From the NCBI RefSeq assembly GCF_006345805.1, contig NC_043012.1:55862001-55926000 (forward strand): a stretch of 64,000 nucleotides of DNA, given 5' to 3'. Under the pieces are notes generated by a model that was given only the letters and a program-made list of their open reading frames with translations, made no database searches and was not told the DNA's origin. Shown here piece by piece: positions 60,831-64,000 of the stretch. Origin of the DNA: Octopus sinensis (lineage: Eukaryota). How positions within the stretch are numbered: position 1 is the first letter of the stretch; each line of letters begins with the position of its first letter. A program made the translations under genes and the position numbers.

Positions 60831-61917
60831 GATGTATGTATGTATGTATGTATGTATGTATGTATAACTGGAGGAGGGATTTAGCTTGAGTAGAAAAGAA
60901 TGAGATTGGTGGGAATGTAAAAAGACTGAAGAGAAACAGAAATATCTGACATGGTTACAGAAAAGGATTGATTACAACAAACTAATATTGAAGAGTATAG
61001 CGCAGCGTGATAAGTAGACCAAAGTGTCAGCCATCTTGATATGGTTGCTTAGTTCCAAACAAGCCCATATCGATCAGGAATGTGATCAAATGCATTCCAG
61101 CCGTTACCGTTCTACCCTCTCTTCACTCGTAAGTACTTATTCTTTTATTCTTTTATTTGTTTCAATCACTTGACTCTTTCAGTCACGTGACTCCTGGAGC
61201 GCCGCGTTTCAGTCGAACAAATCGACCCTTATTCTTTGTAAGCCTAGTACTTATTCTATCGCTACGGTACGGGGACGTATACCAACCAACATCGGTTGTC
61301 AAGTGATAGTGGGGACAAACACAGACACACAAACAATATATTATAATATATATATATATAATATATATATATATATGACGGGCTTCTTTCAGTTTCCGTC
61401 TACTAAATCCACTCACAAGGCTTTGGTCAGCCCGAGGCTATAGTAGAAGACATTTGCCCGAGGTGACACGCAGTCGTACTGAACCCGGGGCCATGTGGTT
61501 GGGAAGCAGGCTTCTTACCACACAGCCACGCCTGTCGGTCTCTTTTTCCTTTCCGAATAGCTGAGATACGGGAACGTAAACAAACAAGCACACACAAGCA
61601 CCGGTTTGTTAAGCTTAGAACACAAAAAAGTGCACACAGATTAACACGCGCATGCACACACAAACGTATGCGCTCGCACACATACATAAGTAAATATAAT
61701 CACTCGTAAGCACAAATACATATGTATGCATACATGTATAAATGTACGCGGCGGACTTCAACTCAGTTTTCGGCAACCAAACACATTTAAGTCTTTAAAC
61801 GAAGTGAGGCTATAATAGAAGCCATTTGTTCATGGTGCCACACGGTATGATTGAACTTGAAACCACATGGATTCGAAGCGAATCTGAACCACACAAGCAT
61901 GCCTGCACCTATATATA

Positions 61918-61959
<42 letters not shown>

Positions 61960-62090
61960 CACACACACACACACATATAATATATATATATAACGGGAAG
62001 CTTTATGAAAATAACAAAAGACGAAGGCAGGTGGAAGACAAACGAACAATTGTATTAGTATGGCGCTCAGGAAATATAAATAAAACAAGT

Positions 62091-62126
62091 CTTTAACGTT
62101 TCGAGCCTACGCTCTTCAACAGAAAG
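62091..62126 (-). ncRNA. Degenerate minimal hammerhead-like motif (A6 mutated) in a Penelope-like fragment
   Basis: CTTT-CTGTTGA-A-GAGC GTAG GCTC-GAAAC-GTT-AAAG. Confidence 0.5.
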
Positions 62127-62696
62127 AAGAGACAAGAAGCAGAGAAAAACAAGAAAGAAGGAGAGAAAAAAAATGCGTGCAGTAGCTAACGAATCAACAT
62201 GGCGATCTGATTCGGCCAGAGGTCAAAGATCAAACACGAGACGCGAGAGCGAAATAAGGGAGATAATAGGGTTGATAAAAGGGTTGAGTGACCAGCTAAA
62301 AGTGCGTGGGAGGGGTCTGGATGTGTGTATGTATAGGGTTGGTGTATGTATTAGTATGTATACGGGTGTGTGTGTGGGTGTGTGGGTGTGTGTGTGTGTA
62401 TGAGAGAGTATTAGTGCGTAAGATTGGTCTGGACGTGCGTATGTATGGGGTTGGTGTATGTATTAGTATGTATTAGTATGTATTAGTACGTATGGTATGT
62501 ATAGGTGTGTGTGTGTGTGTGAGAGAGAGTATAAGTGGTATTGCGGGGTCTGGACGTGTGTATGTATAGGGTGGGTGTAAGTATTAGTATGTACTAGTAT
62601 GTATTAGTACGTATTCGATGTATTAGTTGGTGGGTGTATTAGTATGGCACATCATATGTGATGTGATGTGTTAAAGTCATGTGGTGTAGTGAGGAG

Positions 62697-63062
62697 AAGA
62701 GGGGGAGGGGGGGGGGAAGAGGGGAAGTGAGGAGAAGAGGGGGAGGGGGGAAGAGGGGGGAGAGAAGGGGAGGGGAAGAAGAGGGGGAGGAGAAAAGGGG
62801 GAAGAGGAGACGATGGGGAGAAGGAAGGTGAGGAGGGGGATATGAAGGAGGAAAGAGGGAGAGGGGGAGAGAGAGAAGGGGAGAGAGGGGTGAGGGAGCA
62901 GAGGGAAGGGAAGAGGGAGGGAAAGAAAGAGGGAAGAAGGGGGAAGGGGAGTAGGGGTGAAAAGGATGAAGGACTGAAGAAGAGGAAGTAGGGGTCGGGG
63001 GGGAGAAAGGATAGGTGAGGAGGGGGGGAGAGGGGGGTTAGATGAGGAGGGGGGGAGGAGTT
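62697..63062. repeat. Polypurine (G/A) low-complexity tract
   Basis: About 365 bp almost exclusively G/A on the + strand. Confidence 0.95.
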
Positions 63063-63256
63063 GAGACCAAATGGCGTATAAGAGCGAAGAGAGAAGATTA
63101 ATTCCTGTCACGGCGCAAACGGGAATCGGATGGCCTCTGTGTATATATATATTATATATATATAAAAATTATTAGAGACAAAACCACTATTTGCAAAACA
63201 AACAAAGGAAAGACTTAATCAATACATAAAATTTTAATAAATAGTCAAAAAAACCG

Positions 63257-63298
63257 CCACTACAATCGTTTCTGTCTTGATCGACAATCTTCAGGTGG
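63257..63298 (-). ncRNA. Minimal type I hammerhead-like motif
   Basis: CCAC-CTGAAGA-T-TGTC GATCAA GACA-GAAAC-GATT-GTA-GTGG. Confidence 0.6.
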
Positions 63299-63395
63299 AC
63301 TTCCAATAAGTCAGTTTCAAATTATGAAATTATATATAAATATATGTATGTATATATATATGTATATATATTATATATATATATGTATATATATG

Positions 63396-63432
<37 letters not shown>

Positions 63433-63467
63433 TATAATATATATATATATAAATATATTATATATAT

Positions 63468-63499
<32 letters not shown>

Positions 63500-63537
63500 T
63501 ATTTATATGATATATATATATATATATTATATATATA

Positions 63538-63570
<33 letters not shown>

Positions 63571-63576
63571 ATATAT

Positions 63577-63612
<36 letters not shown>

Positions 63613-64000
63613 ATTATTATTTGAGGGAATAAAATCCAAACTTACAAGTAAAAAAATTCAATTTAGAAATACTAAATCAATTTTCTAGATGGGTGTAATT
63701 TAATTGTTCACTTTGAATTGATAAAAGGTAGGTTTTTTATAATTTAATTATATATATATATATAAAAGGGTAAAGACCCCTTCGGTCATGAATGACCATG
63801 GGATTGCACCTAGAAAGTTACCCTCCAGACACAAGTCCGGGCAAGGTTGTTTATGGAAGACCAGCAGTCGCCCATGATACCAGCCTCCCCTCTCCACGCC
63901 ACCAGTGTTATCCAAGGGAAAGACAAAGGTCGATACAGCTTGGCACCAGTGACGTCGCAACTCTTTCTACAGCTGAGTATAATATATATATATATATATA

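Overview
Eukaryotic, AT-rich, microsatellite-dense DNA, most consistent with an octopus genome. This is inferred from the tRNA-derived SINE landscape and cannot be confirmed without a search. One convincing protein-coding gene is present: an intronless 742-aa TTC25/ODAD4-like TPR protein (49821-52049, +) with a 15 x 7-aa tandem-repeat tail. The rest is repeats. Degraded LINEs include RTE, R4/Dong, Tx1/L1 and CR1. There are at least three SINE types, including TSD-flanked head+(body)n multimers, plus mariner, Tc1 and pogo derivatives, MITEs and non-autonomous Helitrons. A 100-N scaffold gap lies at 14845-14944. The strongest unexpected signal is a dense set of type I hammerhead-ribozyme-like motifs, at about ten separate loci, in Penelope-like direct/inverted repeat structures. 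Their catalytic cores show three different Watson-Crick pairs at the 3:8 position (C:G, U:A, G:C). One sits in a 364-bp tandem, retrozyme-like repeat, and one sits in a tRNA-headed SINE/Penelope chimera. All folds were read by eye and no activity is shown. Most ORFs in the supplied track are microsatellite artefacts.
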